DNA from: Candidatus Fermentibacteraceae bacterium
Lineage (GTDB): Bacteria; Fermentibacterota; Fermentibacteria; Fermentibacterales; JCC-6
Reading direction: 5' to 3'
DNA: 64,000 bases
Assembly: GCA_041750285.1 (NCBI GenBank)
Contig: JBGSZS010000004.1
Span: forward strand, 64,001-128,000
The translations under genes were made by a program, and so were the position numbers. The notes under the pieces are model-generated. The model was not told where the DNA came from and did no database searches. It was given only the letters and a program-made list of their open reading frames with translations. Positions 1-9,740 of this stretch are shown here, piece after piece. Numbering within the stretch: position 1 is the first letter of the stretch; the number at the start of each line of letters is the position of its first letter.

Positions 1-568
1 GGAAACGCCTGTCGAACTCGATCGCTTCATCGTGATCCAGATCGTAGACTTCACTGCCTGTGTATTCGTAGCCTCCCTTCCCGCTGATGCCTCCGTTCAA
101 CTCGAGTACAAGCAGCCCCAGCGGCTGTCTGCCCCCCTGCATGCTGACCCCGCAATCGACACCGTTCCTGAAACCGTGCCTGCAGTAGTTGTGAGGGTCG
201 CCAAGTATGATAATGGCAGGAAAGCCCATCTCTTCAGCGATCTTCCCGGTGTGCCGTATCAGTGCACTGCCGATGCCACGCCTCTGATGGTCGGGGTGAA
301 CGCACAGCGGACCGAACGAAACGGTCCGTATCCGTTCCCCTTCGCGGTCTTCGATGAATGACCCCGTGTACATGATGCACCCTGCGATGTCTCCATCCTT
401 CAGGGCGATGAACGACAATTCCGGGATGTAGTCCTCATGAGAGCGCATCCTGTGAACCAGGTAGTGCTCGTCGCATCCCGGGACATAGAGGTTCCAGAAC
501 GCTTCCCGGGTGAGTTGTTCGACTTTGAAATACTCGTCTTCCTTTTCGTGGCGGATCTCAAGGTTCAT
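1..568 (-). CDS. GNAT family N-acetyltransferase (YhbS-like), 3' end runs off the window
   Basis: Not in the ORF track; read by hand. ATG at 568 with GGAGG upstream; MNLEIRHEKEDEYFKVEQLTREAFWNLYVPGCDEHYLVH...FGPLCVHPDHQRRGIGSALI (acetyl-CoA motif A); open to position 1. Confidence 0.85.
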   Translation of the reverse strand, partial: MNLEIRHEKEDEYFKVEQLTREAFWNLYVPGCDEHYLVHRMRSHEDYIPELSFIALKDGDIAGCIMYTGSFIEDREGERIRTVSFGPLCVHPDHQRRGIGSALIRHTGKIAEEMGFPAIIILGDPHNYCRHGFRNGVDCGVSMQGGRQPLGLLVLELNGGISGKGGYEYTGSEVYDLDHDEAIEFDRRF

Positions 569-708
569 CGGTTTTCCTCCCGCATTCCGAGGTCCCGGGG
601 ACAAAGACAACATCGCACACTTCGCAGGCATCGCTCTCCGGATGGCGGAAGCGACCCCGAATATGTCAGGTCTGCGACAGACTGCCCGGAAACACCAATG
701 GCAAGGGG

Positions 709-1722
709 TCAGTCAAAATCCGGATCGCTGTCGAAGAATACATGACAGAACAACCTGTCGGATGCGGGAGAGAGTATCATGGTGCTCACATCATGGCCGA
801 TGTCGATCTCGCCCACGGGCTGGAATCCGGGCATGTCCATCGCCATGATGCTGTACTCCCACTCCCGGTCCGGATAGATGAACAGCCTTGAAAGCTGTTC
901 CGCGAAGCACAGCAGCTCAGCTTCGCAGGAGTTCTCCTGAGTATCGAGCACATCGAAGCTGGTTCTGTCAAGTTCAACGAGCGTGTGTCCAGGAGATCCT
1001 CCGTATCCGGTGCTCCAACGGATGAAGATGCTGCTGCCCCCCCGGGGTGCCTGCATCAGCCGGATCTCCCCCGGAAAGGAGCGGCTCCGAAGAAGCTCAC
1101 CGGTATCGGGATCGCAGGCGTAAACGGAAGCTCCCGAACAGATGTACATCTCGTCGCCCGAATCCGGGAAGAGAACGCCATTGTCGCTGTAGACCTGCAG
1201 TGTATCGGTGAATTCCATCAGGCGGGTGTCCAGTATCCTCATCGGCTCGCCATCGGGAACAAGGTAGAGAAGATCGGTGCCGGGCCGTGTTTCAATCCTG
1301 TAGAAGGCGGGAGCGCTACCAGCGGGGATCGAGTCGGCAATGCTCATGTCTGCGGTTGTGATCCTGTAAACCATCGGGTTCAAACTGAACGTGACCACGA
1401 AAAGCAGGGAGTCGTTCCCTGAGATGGCTGAGCTTGACGTTGACATCACCGGTTGTGCCGGCAGGTCCAATTCCGCATACGGGGTCATTTCCGCAGTGTC
1501 AAACCTGACAACCTTCCATGGAGAAAGGATGTAAAGGAAGCTCCCGTCAGAGCTTATCTCCATGTCGGAACTGAAGTAACCGATGGAAGCATCATGAGTG
1601 GATGCAATGCTTCCCGAGACGCAATCGATAACGATCAGATCGTCCCTGACATACTCCGAGGGTCCGGTGGTGCCGCAGCCAAGGACGGTCAGGATCACGG
1701 CTGTTGCGACACTTCTGTTCAT
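709..1722 (-). CDS. Lipoprotein, YncE/YVTN-like beta-propeller
   Basis: Start reassigned to MNRSVATAVILTVLGC (lipobox); repeated blade-like motifs such as ISSDGSFLY, ISGNDSLLF and LSPASDRLF. Confidence 0.65.
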   Translation of the reverse strand: MNRSVATAVILTVLGCGTTGPSEYVRDDLIVIDCVSGSIASTHDASIGYFSSDMEISSDGSFLYILSPWKVVRFDTAEMTPYAELDLPAQPVMSTSSSAISGNDSLLFVVTFSLNPMVYRITTADMSIADSIPAGSAPAFYRIETRPGTDLLYLVPDGEPMRILDTRLMEFTDTLQVYSDNGVLFPDSGDEMYICSGASVYACDPDTGELLRSRSFPGEIRLMQAPRGGSSIFIRWSTGYGGSPGHTLVELDRTSFDVLDTQENSCEAELLCFAEQLSRLFIYPDREWEYSIMAMDMPGFQPVGEIDIGHDVSTMILSPASDRLFCHVFFDSDPDFD

Positions 1723-1921
1723 TTCATCCTTCCCGCACGGCATTTTTGTTCCGCAGCATCTCGGAATTCTTAGTGTAGCGAAAGCTGTAACAATCGGCAA
1801 GAAGTTCACTGAACGGTTTTCACCCGCTTTCGTACCGGTCGTTCCCTCCCGGGGCTGCCACCGCTCACGGGTTTGCCGTATGTTCCGGCATTGTCGCTGA
1901 CGTACTAACCGGGAGGATGAC

Positions 1922-3574
1922 ATGAGCGAGGTCCGCTGGTCCGTAAGCCCCGGGGGGGAGAGATTCGCCCTTCCCGTTCCCGAAGACTACCCCGTTGAGC
2001 TTGACAGGCTTCGAGGGCTCGTGGAGCTCAACCGCTCCATGGGCAGGGAGATCGTTGCGGTGGTTGGCCTTGGTTTTGTGGGGGCGGTCATGGCGGCGGT
2101 CGTGGCAGATTCGGTCCGGGCGGACGGGAAGCCCGGCAAGTTCGTCATAGGTATGCAAAGGCCAAGCACCCGAAGCTACTGGAAGACCCCGCTCCTGAAC
2201 CGGGGCATCTCCCCGGTCACCGCGGAGGATCCCGAAGTTGCCCCGATGATCGCGCGCTGCGTGCTCGACAAGAAGACGCTCGTGGCAACCTATACTGAAG
2301 AGGCGCTTTCTCTTGTGGACGCAGTGGTCGTCGATGTGCAGTGCGACTACCTGAAGAACAGGTTCGGGAACTGCCGGGACGGCTCGGCGGACATGGCTGC
2401 GCTCGAGGAATCACTTGGGGTGATCGCACAGCACATTCAGCCTCATGCCCTGGTACTGATCGAAACCACGGTTCCGCCGGGAACCACCGAGCAGATAGCC
2501 CACCCCATAATGAAAAAGGTGTTCGGGAAGCGCGGCATCGAAAGCGAACCCCTTCTGGCGCACAGCTACGAGAGGGTAATGCCCGGGCGCAACTACGTCG
2601 CCTCGATACGCGACTTCTGGCGGGTCTGCAGCGGCGTGAACACCGAGGCCAGGGAAAGGGTGACGAAGTTCCTGAACGAGGTCCTCAACACGAGGGACTT
2701 CCCCCTGACGGTGCTCGACCGCCCCATCGAATCCGAGACCGCAAAGATCGTCGAGAACAGCTACAGGGCAACGATCCTGGCGTTCCTGGACGAATGGTCG
2801 GTGTTCGCGGAACGCAACGGTGTGGACCTGAACAAGGTCATCGGTGCGATAAAGGTCAGACCCACCCACTCCAACATGATCTTCCCGGGGCCGGGGATAG
2901 GGGGTTACTGCCTTCCCAAGGACGGCGGGCTCGGGGTTTGGGCATATCGTCACATAATGGGCTTCGAGGACGACATCTTCAAAATCACGCCGATGGCGGT
3001 CGACATCAACGACACGCGCTCGCTCAGGGTTCCGCAGATGGTGCGCGACGCACTCAGGAACATGAACCGGGGCATCTCCTCGGCCGACGTTCTCGTTCTT
3101 GGCGCTTCCTACCGCGAGGATGTGGGCGACTCACGGTACAGCGGTTCCGAGGTGATCGTCAGGAAGCTCAGTGAAATGGGCGCCGACGTGAAGGTGCACG
3201 ACCCCTACATGGAGCACTGGTGGGAGTTCGAGGCGCAGGAGACCTACCCGAAGCCGGGCTTCAGCTGGTCACGGTTCTTCCACAGGCAGACCCCGCTTGC
3301 GAACCTGAGGATGGAAAAGGACCTGTGGGAGGCCATGAAGGGGGCCGACGCTCTTGTACTGGCGGTCAGGCACTCGGAGTACATGGCCCTCGAGCCCGAC
3401 GCCGTCTTCGAAGCGGTGGGAAAACCCTTCGCAGTCATCGACTGCTTCTGCATGCTGGACGACAACAGGATCCGCCGGTACCTCGAGCTCGGTTGCGAGG
3501 TCAAGGGGCTGGGCCGCGGTCACATCAGACGGATGAAGGAGAGCGTGAAGGCGGCGGTCACTCCACGCTGTTGA
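1922..3574 (+). CDS. Nucleotide-sugar dehydrogenase (UDP-glucose/GDP-mannose dehydrogenase family)
   Basis: GLGFVG Rossmann motif, ETTVPPGTT, ERVMPG, catalytic GPGIGGYCLPKD, SYREDVGDSRYS; GGAGG RBS. Confidence 0.9.
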   Translation: MSEVRWSVSPGGERFALPVPEDYPVELDRLRGLVELNRSMGREIVAVVGLGFVGAVMAAVVADSVRADGKPGKFVIGMQRPSTRSYWKTPLLNRGISPVTAEDPEVAPMIARCVLDKKTLVATYTEEALSLVDAVVVDVQCDYLKNRFGNCRDGSADMAALEESLGVIAQHIQPHALVLIETTVPPGTTEQIAHPIMKKVFGKRGIESEPLLAHSYERVMPGRNYVASIRDFWRVCSGVNTEARERVTKFLNEVLNTRDFPLTVLDRPIESETAKIVENSYRATILAFLDEWSVFAERNGVDLNKVIGAIKVRPTHSNMIFPGPGIGGYCLPKDGGLGVWAYRHIMGFEDDIFKITPMAVDINDTRSLRVPQMVRDALRNMNRGISSADVLVLGASYREDVGDSRYSGSEVIVRKLSEMGADVKVHDPYMEHWWEFEAQETYPKPGFSWSRFFHRQTPLANLRMEKDLWEAMKGADALVLAVRHSEYMALEPDAVFEAVGKPFAVIDCFCMLDDNRIRRYLELGCEVKGLGRGHIRRMKESVKAAVTPRC

Positions 3575-4148
3575 CGGCTCCCGGAGTTCCCCAGCACTTG
3601 TCGTCGCCTGTCTCGGGATCCGGAAGCGGGCAGTCGAAGTCGACCGATGCCGCCCAGTTCGCAGCATTGTTGGGTCCCCTGATGTTTATCTTCTCAAGCG
3701 AGGCACCCGTTCCGTCGGCGGCGCTTCGCTGCTGCCCTTCCCCTATCCCCCAGTGGTCGGTGTATGAGAGCATGTCGATCATCATTCCGTAGCGGTCGCT
3801 GAGGGTTATCATGTCCGACGCGTTCGAGAGCCCCGGCCACTCGCCGGTCCATGAAACGACGAGAACCCTTTCGCCGTAGGCATCGACAAATGACTCCATG
3901 TCTGCGGGAACCACCACCCTGGCACCGGGAGCAAGTTCGTACTCATCCAGTACAAGCCCGTTGCCGCGGTCGCTGAACACCATTCCCTGGAGCTGAAGGG
4001 GCTCGGCGGTGAGGTTGCAGAGCTCGACCCATTCGTAAAGACTGTCAGGGCCAAGTGTGGGGCCATCGGGGTTGTACATGATCTCGGTGATGGCCGCGTC
4101 GTTCAACCCCGAAACCAGCGCCATGAACAATGATACGCCAATCAGCAT
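3558..4148 (-). CDS. Secreted lamin-tail-domain (LTD) protein
   Basis: ITEIMYNP...EWVELCN...LSN..D.ITL...GTPGAVNS signature; hydrophobic N-terminus. Confidence 0.8.
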   Translation of the reverse strand: MLIGVSLFMALVSGLNDAAITEIMYNPDGPTLGPDSLYEWVELCNLTAEPLQLQGMVFSDRGNGLVLDEYELAPGARVVVPADMESFVDAYGERVLVVSWTGEWPGLSNASDMITLSDRYGMMIDMLSYTDHWGIGEGQQRSAADGTGASLEKINIRGPNNAANWAASVDFDCPLPDPETGDDKCWGTPGAVNSVE

Positions 4149-4181
4149 TGTTGCCTCCGGAAAAGTGTTGGGGGCCGTGCT

Positions 4182-4865
4182 TCAGAACTTGAGGTAGCTT
4201 CCAATTCTGACGTAGGGGCCCGAGAAATCGACAGTGAAATCATCGGTGGTGTCATCGTCGAGCTTCACGTCGCACTGCCTGTAACCGCCCTCTGCACCGA
4301 ATACGAGCGGAATGCCCAGAAAGTTCCCCGATTCCTGGTCCAACCTCACTCCAGCCGTGAAACCAAGCCCTGAACCTTCGTGCGATGAGGTTGTGTTGGG
4401 AGTGTCGATGCTTCTTGTAACCAGGGCGAGGGAAGGCCCTCCGCCGACCGAAAAGGCGGGGTTGTCAGTGAGTTTGTAGTAAGCCGAGAGGTCGAAGTTC
4501 ACCGAGCTGTTCTCGAGGGCCACGACCTCATCGTCGGGTGACCCGAACAGGAAGGCTATGCCTCCGGTCAGGATTCCCAGGAGAATGTAGCCTCCCGGGT
4601 TGTAGTTCTCCTCGTAGACGCCGTTGTACCTGCTGACAGAAAAGCCCCCGCGCAGACGAAGCCTCTCGGAAGCGTCGCCGATGGCCTCGAGACCGCCCGC
4701 CCAGGCCACATCGTCCAGCTTCAGGGGAAGACCGCCCTCGGAGAGCAGCTCGGCGTAATCATTCTCGTCAGCCATCCGGGGGAAGGCGCCGTCAAACGTG
4801 AAACCTATCCTGAAAGAGCTTCCCTGGAGAATGAGAAGCATCGCGGCGGACACAATGGCCGTCAT
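4182..4865 (-). CDS. Putative outer-membrane beta-barrel protein
   Basis: Alternating hydrophobic strands and a C-terminal GPYVRIGSYLKF ending in Phe (BAM-type signal). Confidence 0.6.
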   Translation of the reverse strand: MTAIVSAAMLLILQGSSFRIGFTFDGAFPRMADENDYAELLSEGGLPLKLDDVAWAGGLEAIGDASERLRLRGGFSVSRYNGVYEENYNPGGYILLGILTGGIAFLFGSPDDEVVALENSSVNFDLSAYYKLTDNPAFSVGGGPSLALVTRSIDTPNTTSSHEGSGLGFTAGVRLDQESGNFLGIPLVFGAEGGYRQCDVKLDDDTTDDFTVDFSGPYVRIGSYLKF

Positions 4866-5200
4866 TGTCTGTTCACCTCCAGAATCGTCACCGAAACCCT
4901 CTCGCCGTCGAGCCAGACCTCGAGCGTGTAAAGGCCGTCGCCGGGATACTCTCCGCCGTCGTCGAACAGGTCCCAGACCACGCTGTGTTCGCCGGCTTCG
5001 AGTTCCTGTGAATCGAGAAGGGTTCGGACCGTTGCCATCAGGCTGTTACGCACCACCACATCCACTGTGCCCGGGTTCTGGGTGGTGAAGAAGACTTCCA
5101 CGCTCTCCTCGACCACCATGAAGGGATAGCTCGTGTCATCGCAGGCAATCGAAAGAAGAAGACAGACGAATACGAGTGTTGGAATACGCAACCCTCTCAT
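4862..5200 (-). CDS. Small lipoprotein consisting of a FlgD-like Ig domain
   Basis: Lipobox LLSIAC; VRTL...AGEHSVVWDL.DD.G...DGLY motif typical of FlgD-Ig/CTD domains; overlaps the next gene by 4 nt. Confidence 0.7.
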   Translation of the reverse strand: MRGLRIPTLVFVCLLLSIACDDTSYPFMVVEESVEVFFTTQNPGTVDVVVRNSLMATVRTLLDSQELEAGEHSVVWDLFDDGGEYPGDGLYTLEVWLDGERVSVTILEVNRQ

Positions 5201-5245
5201 TCAATCACCCCCTGTAATAAAAACCCCCGCAGAGTGCGTTTCAAC

Positions 5246-5274
5246 ATTATATCACCCATGGATCGTTTCAACAA
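5246..5274 (-). promoter_or_regulatory. Sigma70-type promoter for the 5200-3558 operon
   Basis: Minus strand TTGTTG-N17-TATAAT; a 10-bp direct repeat (TGTTGAAACG on the minus strand) at 5237-5246 and 5264-5273. Confidence 0.5.
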
Positions 5275-5297
5275 GGCACAGAACTTGTCTGCGCACT

Positions 5298-6008
5298 TCA
5301 GGTTGCGATGGCTGAAAGGACCGTTTCAGCGTAGACACGGGCCCCCAGGCTGTTGAGATGGGCACCGTCCATGGTGAGGTGAAGGCCCCGCCGGCGGGCC
5401 AGATAGTCAGCGCCGGCGTCGGGCGCCGTGACAAGTGAATCGATGAAAACCGAGGAATGCCTGTCCAATAAGTAGGGTGAAGGCTCGGCCACCTTCCGCA
5501 TCTCGGTGTCGAAAGCCTTTGCCACATCGGCAATCCCCGCGCCATGCCCCTCCCCCAGCGTCCTTATCACGGCGTTGTAGCGGTTCCTTGTCTGGTTGAT
5601 CTCGCTTTCGGGGTTTTCACCCAGACACGCCACGGTGGCGAGGATGACCCTGACTCTCCGGGGGATGGTGGAGAGCATCTCCCCGTAGGTCTGCCGGAAA
5701 GCCTCCGGGGTCACCATTGGAACGCTGCCCCTGAACTGAAGGTCCCTTGCGAGTTTTTTCCAGGGGCCGCCCCTGCGGTGGAACATGGGGATCAGGATGT
5801 CGTTGGCACCCACTTCAAGAAGCAGGATGTCGGGGTTGCATGAGGCGATGAGGGGGTTCAGCCGCCACCTGACCTCGGTTACCGTGGCCCCGCCCCTGCC
5901 CTCGACGACCATTTCATGCGTGCAGCCAAGCCTGGCCATCATGGAGGGATAGCCCACGCCGGGACGGCCGGCGGTGAGACTGTCGCCAAGAAGCAGCAAC
6001 CTGCCCAT
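5298..6008 (-). CDS. SGNH/GDSL hydrolase
   Basis: LLGDSLT block I, GAND block III, DGAHLN block V. Confidence 0.85.
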   Translation of the reverse strand: MGRLLLLGDSLTAGRPGVGYPSMMARLGCTHEMVVEGRGGATVTEVRWRLNPLIASCNPDILLLEVGANDILIPMFHRRGGPWKKLARDLQFRGSVPMVTPEAFRQTYGEMLSTIPRRVRVILATVACLGENPESEINQTRNRYNAVIRTLGEGHGAGIADVAKAFDTEMRKVAEPSPYLLDRHSSVFIDSLVTAPDAGADYLARRRGLHLTMDGAHLNSLGARVYAETVLSAIAT

Positions 6009-6127
6009 GTCACCTTTCCCCTGTTTGGATCGATTATGCGGCATCGCCCGTAGAAAGGGAATGTGCTTTCCAGGCGTCCGGGAAGCCTGTGGCAGAACGG
6101 CCCCTACGGAATGGATGCCGGAGGCTT

Positions 6128-6160
6128 CCGGCGGGTCCCTCCGGAAAAAGGACCCGCCGG
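6128..6160. terminator. Hairpin downstream of rocD
   Basis: Perfect 11-bp stem CCGGCGGGTCC/GGACCCGCCGG 10 nt after the rocD stop; no clear U tail. Confidence 0.5.
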
Positions 6161-6170
6161 GATCGGGGCA

Positions 6171-7400
6171 TCAGTTGAAGGACAGTATGGAACTGCGGAT
6201 TATCCCCACGCAGTCGAGGATCTGTTCCTCGGTGATTACCAGAGGCGGCGCGAACCTGATTATGTCGCCGTGGGTGGGTTTTGCCAGAAGGCCGTTCTCG
6301 GCCATCTTGAGGCAGACGTCCCACGCTTCCATCCCGCCGGTGGGCTTGATGACGACCGCGTTCAGGAGCCCCTTCCCCCTGACCTTCGAGATCATGGGAG
6401 AATCTATCGCCGAAAGCTCTTTGCGCAGAATCGCGCCGAGTTTCTCGGAACGTTCGGCGAGCTTCTCCTCCCGTACGACCTCCAGGGCGGCTATGGCAAC
6501 CCTGGCGCCGATCGGGTTGCCCCCGAAGGTCGAGCCGTGCTGGCCCGGCTTTATCACGAGCATGATGTCGTCGTCGGCCAGAACCGCTGAGACCGGATAG
6601 AGGCCTCCGCTGATGGCCTTGCCCAGGATGAGGATGTCGGGCCTTACCCCTTCATGGTCACACGCCAGCAGCCGTCCTGTGCGGGCGATACCGGTCTGGA
6701 CCTCGTCTGCAATGAAAAGGACGTTCTTTCTCCTGCAGAGCTCGGCGGCACTGCTGAGGTAACCCTGGTCGGGAACGTAAACCCCCGCCTCGCCCTGGAT
6801 GGGCTCCACAAGGAACCCGGCGACATCGGGGTCTTCAAGCGCCTTTTCCAGCGCCGGAAGGTTGTTGTAGGGGATTCTCACGAAACCCGGAGTGAAGGGG
6901 CCGTAATCGCTGAAGGCGTCGGGGTCGCTTGAGAACGAGACGATGGTCGTTGTGCGCCCGTGGAAGTTGTTCTCGCACACGATGATCTTGGCGTTGTTCC
7001 CGGATATGCCCTTCTTCGAGTAGGCCCACTTCCGGCAGAGCTTGATGGCGGTTTCGACCGCTTCGGCGCCGGTGTTCATGGGAAGCACCTTTTCGTAACC
7101 GAAGTACCCGGTGACGTACTTCTCGAAGACACCCAGGACGTCGTTGTAGAATGCCCTGGAGGTGAGGGCCAGAACCTGGGCCTGGTCGGTGAGCGCCTTG
7201 ACGATCTTCGGGTGGCAATGCCCCTGGTTGACCGCCGAGTACGAGGAAAGGAAATCGTAGTAACGTTTTCCCTCGACGTCCCAGACGTGGACGCCCTGCC
7301 CCCGGGCCAGCACCACGGGAAGGGGGTGGTAGTTGTGGGCCCCGTACCTGTCTTCGAGCTCCATCGCCAGCTTCGAGGTCATCTTCTCTGCAGTCATCAC
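6171..7400 (-). CDS. rocD: Ornithine--oxo-acid aminotransferase
   Basis: [53 protein letters not shown] lysine in [17 protein letters not shown]. Confidence 0.95.
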   Translation of the reverse strand: MMTAEKMTSKLAMELEDRYGAHNYHPLPVVLARGQGVHVWDVEGKRYYDFLSSYSAVNQGHCHPKIVKALTDQAQVLALTSRAFYNDVLGVFEKYVTGYFGYEKVLPMNTGAEAVETAIKLCRKWAYSKKGISGNNAKIIVCENNFHGRTTTIVSFSSDPDAFSDYGPFTPGFVRIPYNNLPALEKALEDPDVAGFLVEPIQGEAGVYVPDQGYLSSAAELCRRKNVLFIADEVQTGIARTGRLLACDHEGVRPDILILGKAISGGLYPVSAVLADDDIMLVIKPGQHGSTFGGNPIGARVAIAALEVVREEKLAERSEKLGAILRKELSAIDSPMISKVRGKGLLNAVVIKPTGGMEAWDVCLKMAENGLLAKPTHGDIIRFAPPLVITEEQILDCVGIIRSSILSFN

Positions 7401-7508
7401 TCACGCTCCCGTGCGGACGGCATGCCGGGGTTCCTTCCGGAAAACCGGTTCCTGCCGATGTTTCAGTGGTGAAAGCCGGTTCGCGGCCTTCGTTTGCATT
7501 GAGCGACG

Positions 7509-7537
7509 ATGCTAACAAAGCGCCCCTGAAAAGTCAA
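7509..7537 (-). promoter_or_regulatory. Sigma70-type promoter upstream of rocD
   Basis: Minus strand TTGACT-N17-TAGCAT with a TGn extended -10. Confidence 0.5.
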
Positions 7538-7614
7538 ACAGAGGGATTGTCGGGGTTGACGGGGCTGGACATATAACCACTTCGGCTTCGTTCCACGGGA
7601 AAGGAAAACCCGCC

Positions 7615-7998
7615 GTGAAGAGCCCGGGAGGGAACTACGTCCAATGGTCGGTGGCCCAGATCGTTTCAGGGGCCGTCTGCGCCGGGCTGACACTGCTTTC
7701 CGTTCCCTTCCTGCCCACCCTCGGGGCATCGCTGCTGGTGATCGTCATCTACAAGCTCCTGTACAGGTGGGAACACAGGGCCACCGAAACCGACATGCAG
7801 AACATGCTGAGGGTGTTCTCCCTCTCCAGTCTAGCCACCCTCGCCGTTCTCACGGTTGCCGGCAAATGGTTGCATGACTTCTGGTTGAATGCCTTGTGGG
7901 CCGTGGCGCTCGCATCCAGGGGTTTCTTCGGTCTCATCGTTTTCGCCCGCAGGACCCGCGGGTCCGGGGCGGGAACAGGAAGGGAGGATTCGGAATGA
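7615..7998 (+). CDS. Small integral membrane protein (about 4 TM helices)
   Basis: Four hydrophobic segments; GTG start after AAGGA; stop overlaps the next ATG. Confidence 0.6.
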   Translation: MKSPGGNYVQWSVAQIVSGAVCAGLTLLSVPFLPTLGASLLVIVIYKLLYRWEHRATETDMQNMLRVFSLSSLATLAVLTVAGKWLHDFWLNALWAVALASRGFFGLIVFARRTRGSGAGTGREDSE

Positions 7999-9647
7999 GG
8001 GTTCTAACGCTTCTTCTTGTCTGTGCCGGAGCCGTCTCTGCGGCGTCCGACACATCGGTGCTGGTCGAAGTCACCGGGGACGGTGTGTTCTACGTCCCGG
8101 CTCCTCCCTCCACTGTTCTGCCGGCGCCATCGACTCCATTGGTCGGTTCCTCCCTCCTTTGGCATTACAGCCAGGCCGAAGGCCTCACCCAGAAGACATG
8201 CCCGATGGGCAACTCCGGAGAGTTCGTGTTCACCGGCGGCTGGTACGGCGGCGGCAGGATGTTCGAAGGTGTTTCAGGCGACGGCACGGTGTTCTGGCAG
8301 AGCGAGCCCGAACTCGAATCGGGCCAGTACTGGACATCGCTCGGCACCGGTACCTCGGCCGCCGACACCGCCGACAGGTACTGGCTTGCACGCACTTTCG
8401 CGGTCTGGGACGACAACGGAACACCGGGTTACACACCTGACGACATCCTCGTGTCGGACGACAACGTGGAGGTCTGCCTTTTCAGTGGAGCCTCGTCCGA
8501 TCCTTTGTGGGTCTGGGACGGGTCGGGGTCCTTCGAACCGGGAATGGTCGACCAGGCCGGCACTTACGACTGCTCGGACGACGGGTCGATCTTTGCGCTT
8601 GGTGGCTTGAAGGACGGTCACCTGGCCCTGGTCGTCTTCGGGCATGGGTCACCCGAGCCCGTGCTTCTCTACGAGAACGGCGACTACGCATACTCGCCAA
8701 GACAGCTCCGCCTCACGGCGGACGGGTCGAAGATGATCTTCAGCGTTGGCGCGACCCTTCTTCGTGTCGACGTGGCGACAGGCGCGCTCGAGGGCACTTT
8801 CAACCTGGGGGCATCCACCGACTGCTTCGGCGTCTCCGCCGACGGCTCACTTGTCGCTTTCGGCTTCACGGCAGCCAGGCTGGCGCAGTGGAACGGTTCG
8901 GCTTACGAACAGGTCTGGTCGAGGGGCGTCAGCGGGTACTACGCCGGCGCCGCAGCAGTTTCGGATGACAACGGCACCGTCTACTTCGGCTTCTACAAGA
9001 ACAACTACATGTCCAACAGGATCTACAGGTTCGACGCGGCCAGCTCGACGCCGGTCTGGACCTACGATTACCCGACCGGATCAGGAGCCCACCAGGACAT
9101 CGTGAGCTGGATGGACTGCTCCTCTGACGGAAGGTGGCTTGCAGTCTCCTCCTGGGGCTGCCAGAGCGGCGGCGGTCCTGAGGTGACGGTTCTTGACGAT
9201 GAGGAACCTTCCGCTCCCGCATTCACTATCGACACGCCCGGGTCCATGTTCCATGTGGACATCTCGGCGGATGGAAGCCTTGTCAGTGCTGCAGGCAAGC
9301 ATGTTCACGCCAATGTCTTCGGGTCGGGCACCGACGTCTGCATGGCCGAGGTGACGACAACGGGGATTTCGGAGGGAGTGCCGGTCGCCGGATCCCTTTC
9401 GGGAATCCCCAACCCGTGTTCCGCTTCCGGTTCCGTCATTTTCGGGTTCTTCCTTCCCGAACAGGGACACGTGGACCTGAGCGTATTCGACCTTGCGGGA
9501 AGGCGGGTTGCCCGTATCCTGGGCGGAGAGATGCGGGAGGGCGAACACACCGTTTCCTACTCCCCCGACCTTGCATGCGGGCTTTACCTCGTCCGTCTCG
9601 CAACACCTGGAAGGGTGGAACTCACCAAGCTCCTGGTCAACGACTGA
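7995..9647 (+). CDS. Secreted WD40/PQQ-like beta-propeller protein with T9SS/FlgD-like C-terminal domain
   Basis: Signal peptide MRVLTLLLVCAGAVSA; repeated S.DG...A blades; C-terminal PNP...LSVFDLAGRRV...GLYLVRL...TKLLV. Confidence 0.8.
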   Translation: MRVLTLLLVCAGAVSAASDTSVLVEVTGDGVFYVPAPPSTVLPAPSTPLVGSSLLWHYSQAEGLTQKTCPMGNSGEFVFTGGWYGGGRMFEGVSGDGTVFWQSEPELESGQYWTSLGTGTSAADTADRYWLARTFAVWDDNGTPGYTPDDILVSDDNVEVCLFSGASSDPLWVWDGSGSFEPGMVDQAGTYDCSDDGSIFALGGLKDGHLALVVFGHGSPEPVLLYENGDYAYSPRQLRLTADGSKMIFSVGATLLRVDVATGALEGTFNLGASTDCFGVSADGSLVAFGFTAARLAQWNGSAYEQVWSRGVSGYYAGAAAVSDDNGTVYFGFYKNNYMSNRIYRFDAASSTPVWTYDYPTGSGAHQDIVSWMDCSSDGRWLAVSSWGCQSGGGPEVTVLDDEEPSAPAFTIDTPGSMFHVDISADGSLVSAAGKHVHANVFGSGTDVCMAEVTTTGISEGVPVAGSLSGIPNPCSASGSVIFGFFLPEQGHVDLSVFDLAGRRVARILGGEMREGEHTVSYSPDLACGLYLVRLATPGRVELTKLLVND

Positions 9648-9740
9648 CATGAACATGAACATGACTCCCGTTCCATGGCCAACTTTCATACATTCGGAAG
9701 CGAACCGCGGAGTCGACCGTTACAAACCCGGGGAGGGTTC

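Noticed and set aside
32..745. Plus-strand ORFs in the track at the window start
   Set aside because: The real gene is the minus-strand GNAT (568 to <1), missing from the track because its stop is outside the window.
7401..7403. Selenocysteine or readthrough at the in-frame TGA before rocD
   Set aside because: RocD homology starts after it and a GGGAG SD precedes the GTG/ATG; other genes use TGA as a normal stop.
9647..9666. Short tandem repeat ACATGA x3
   Set aside because: Only three hexamer units; too short to call a contingency locus or array.
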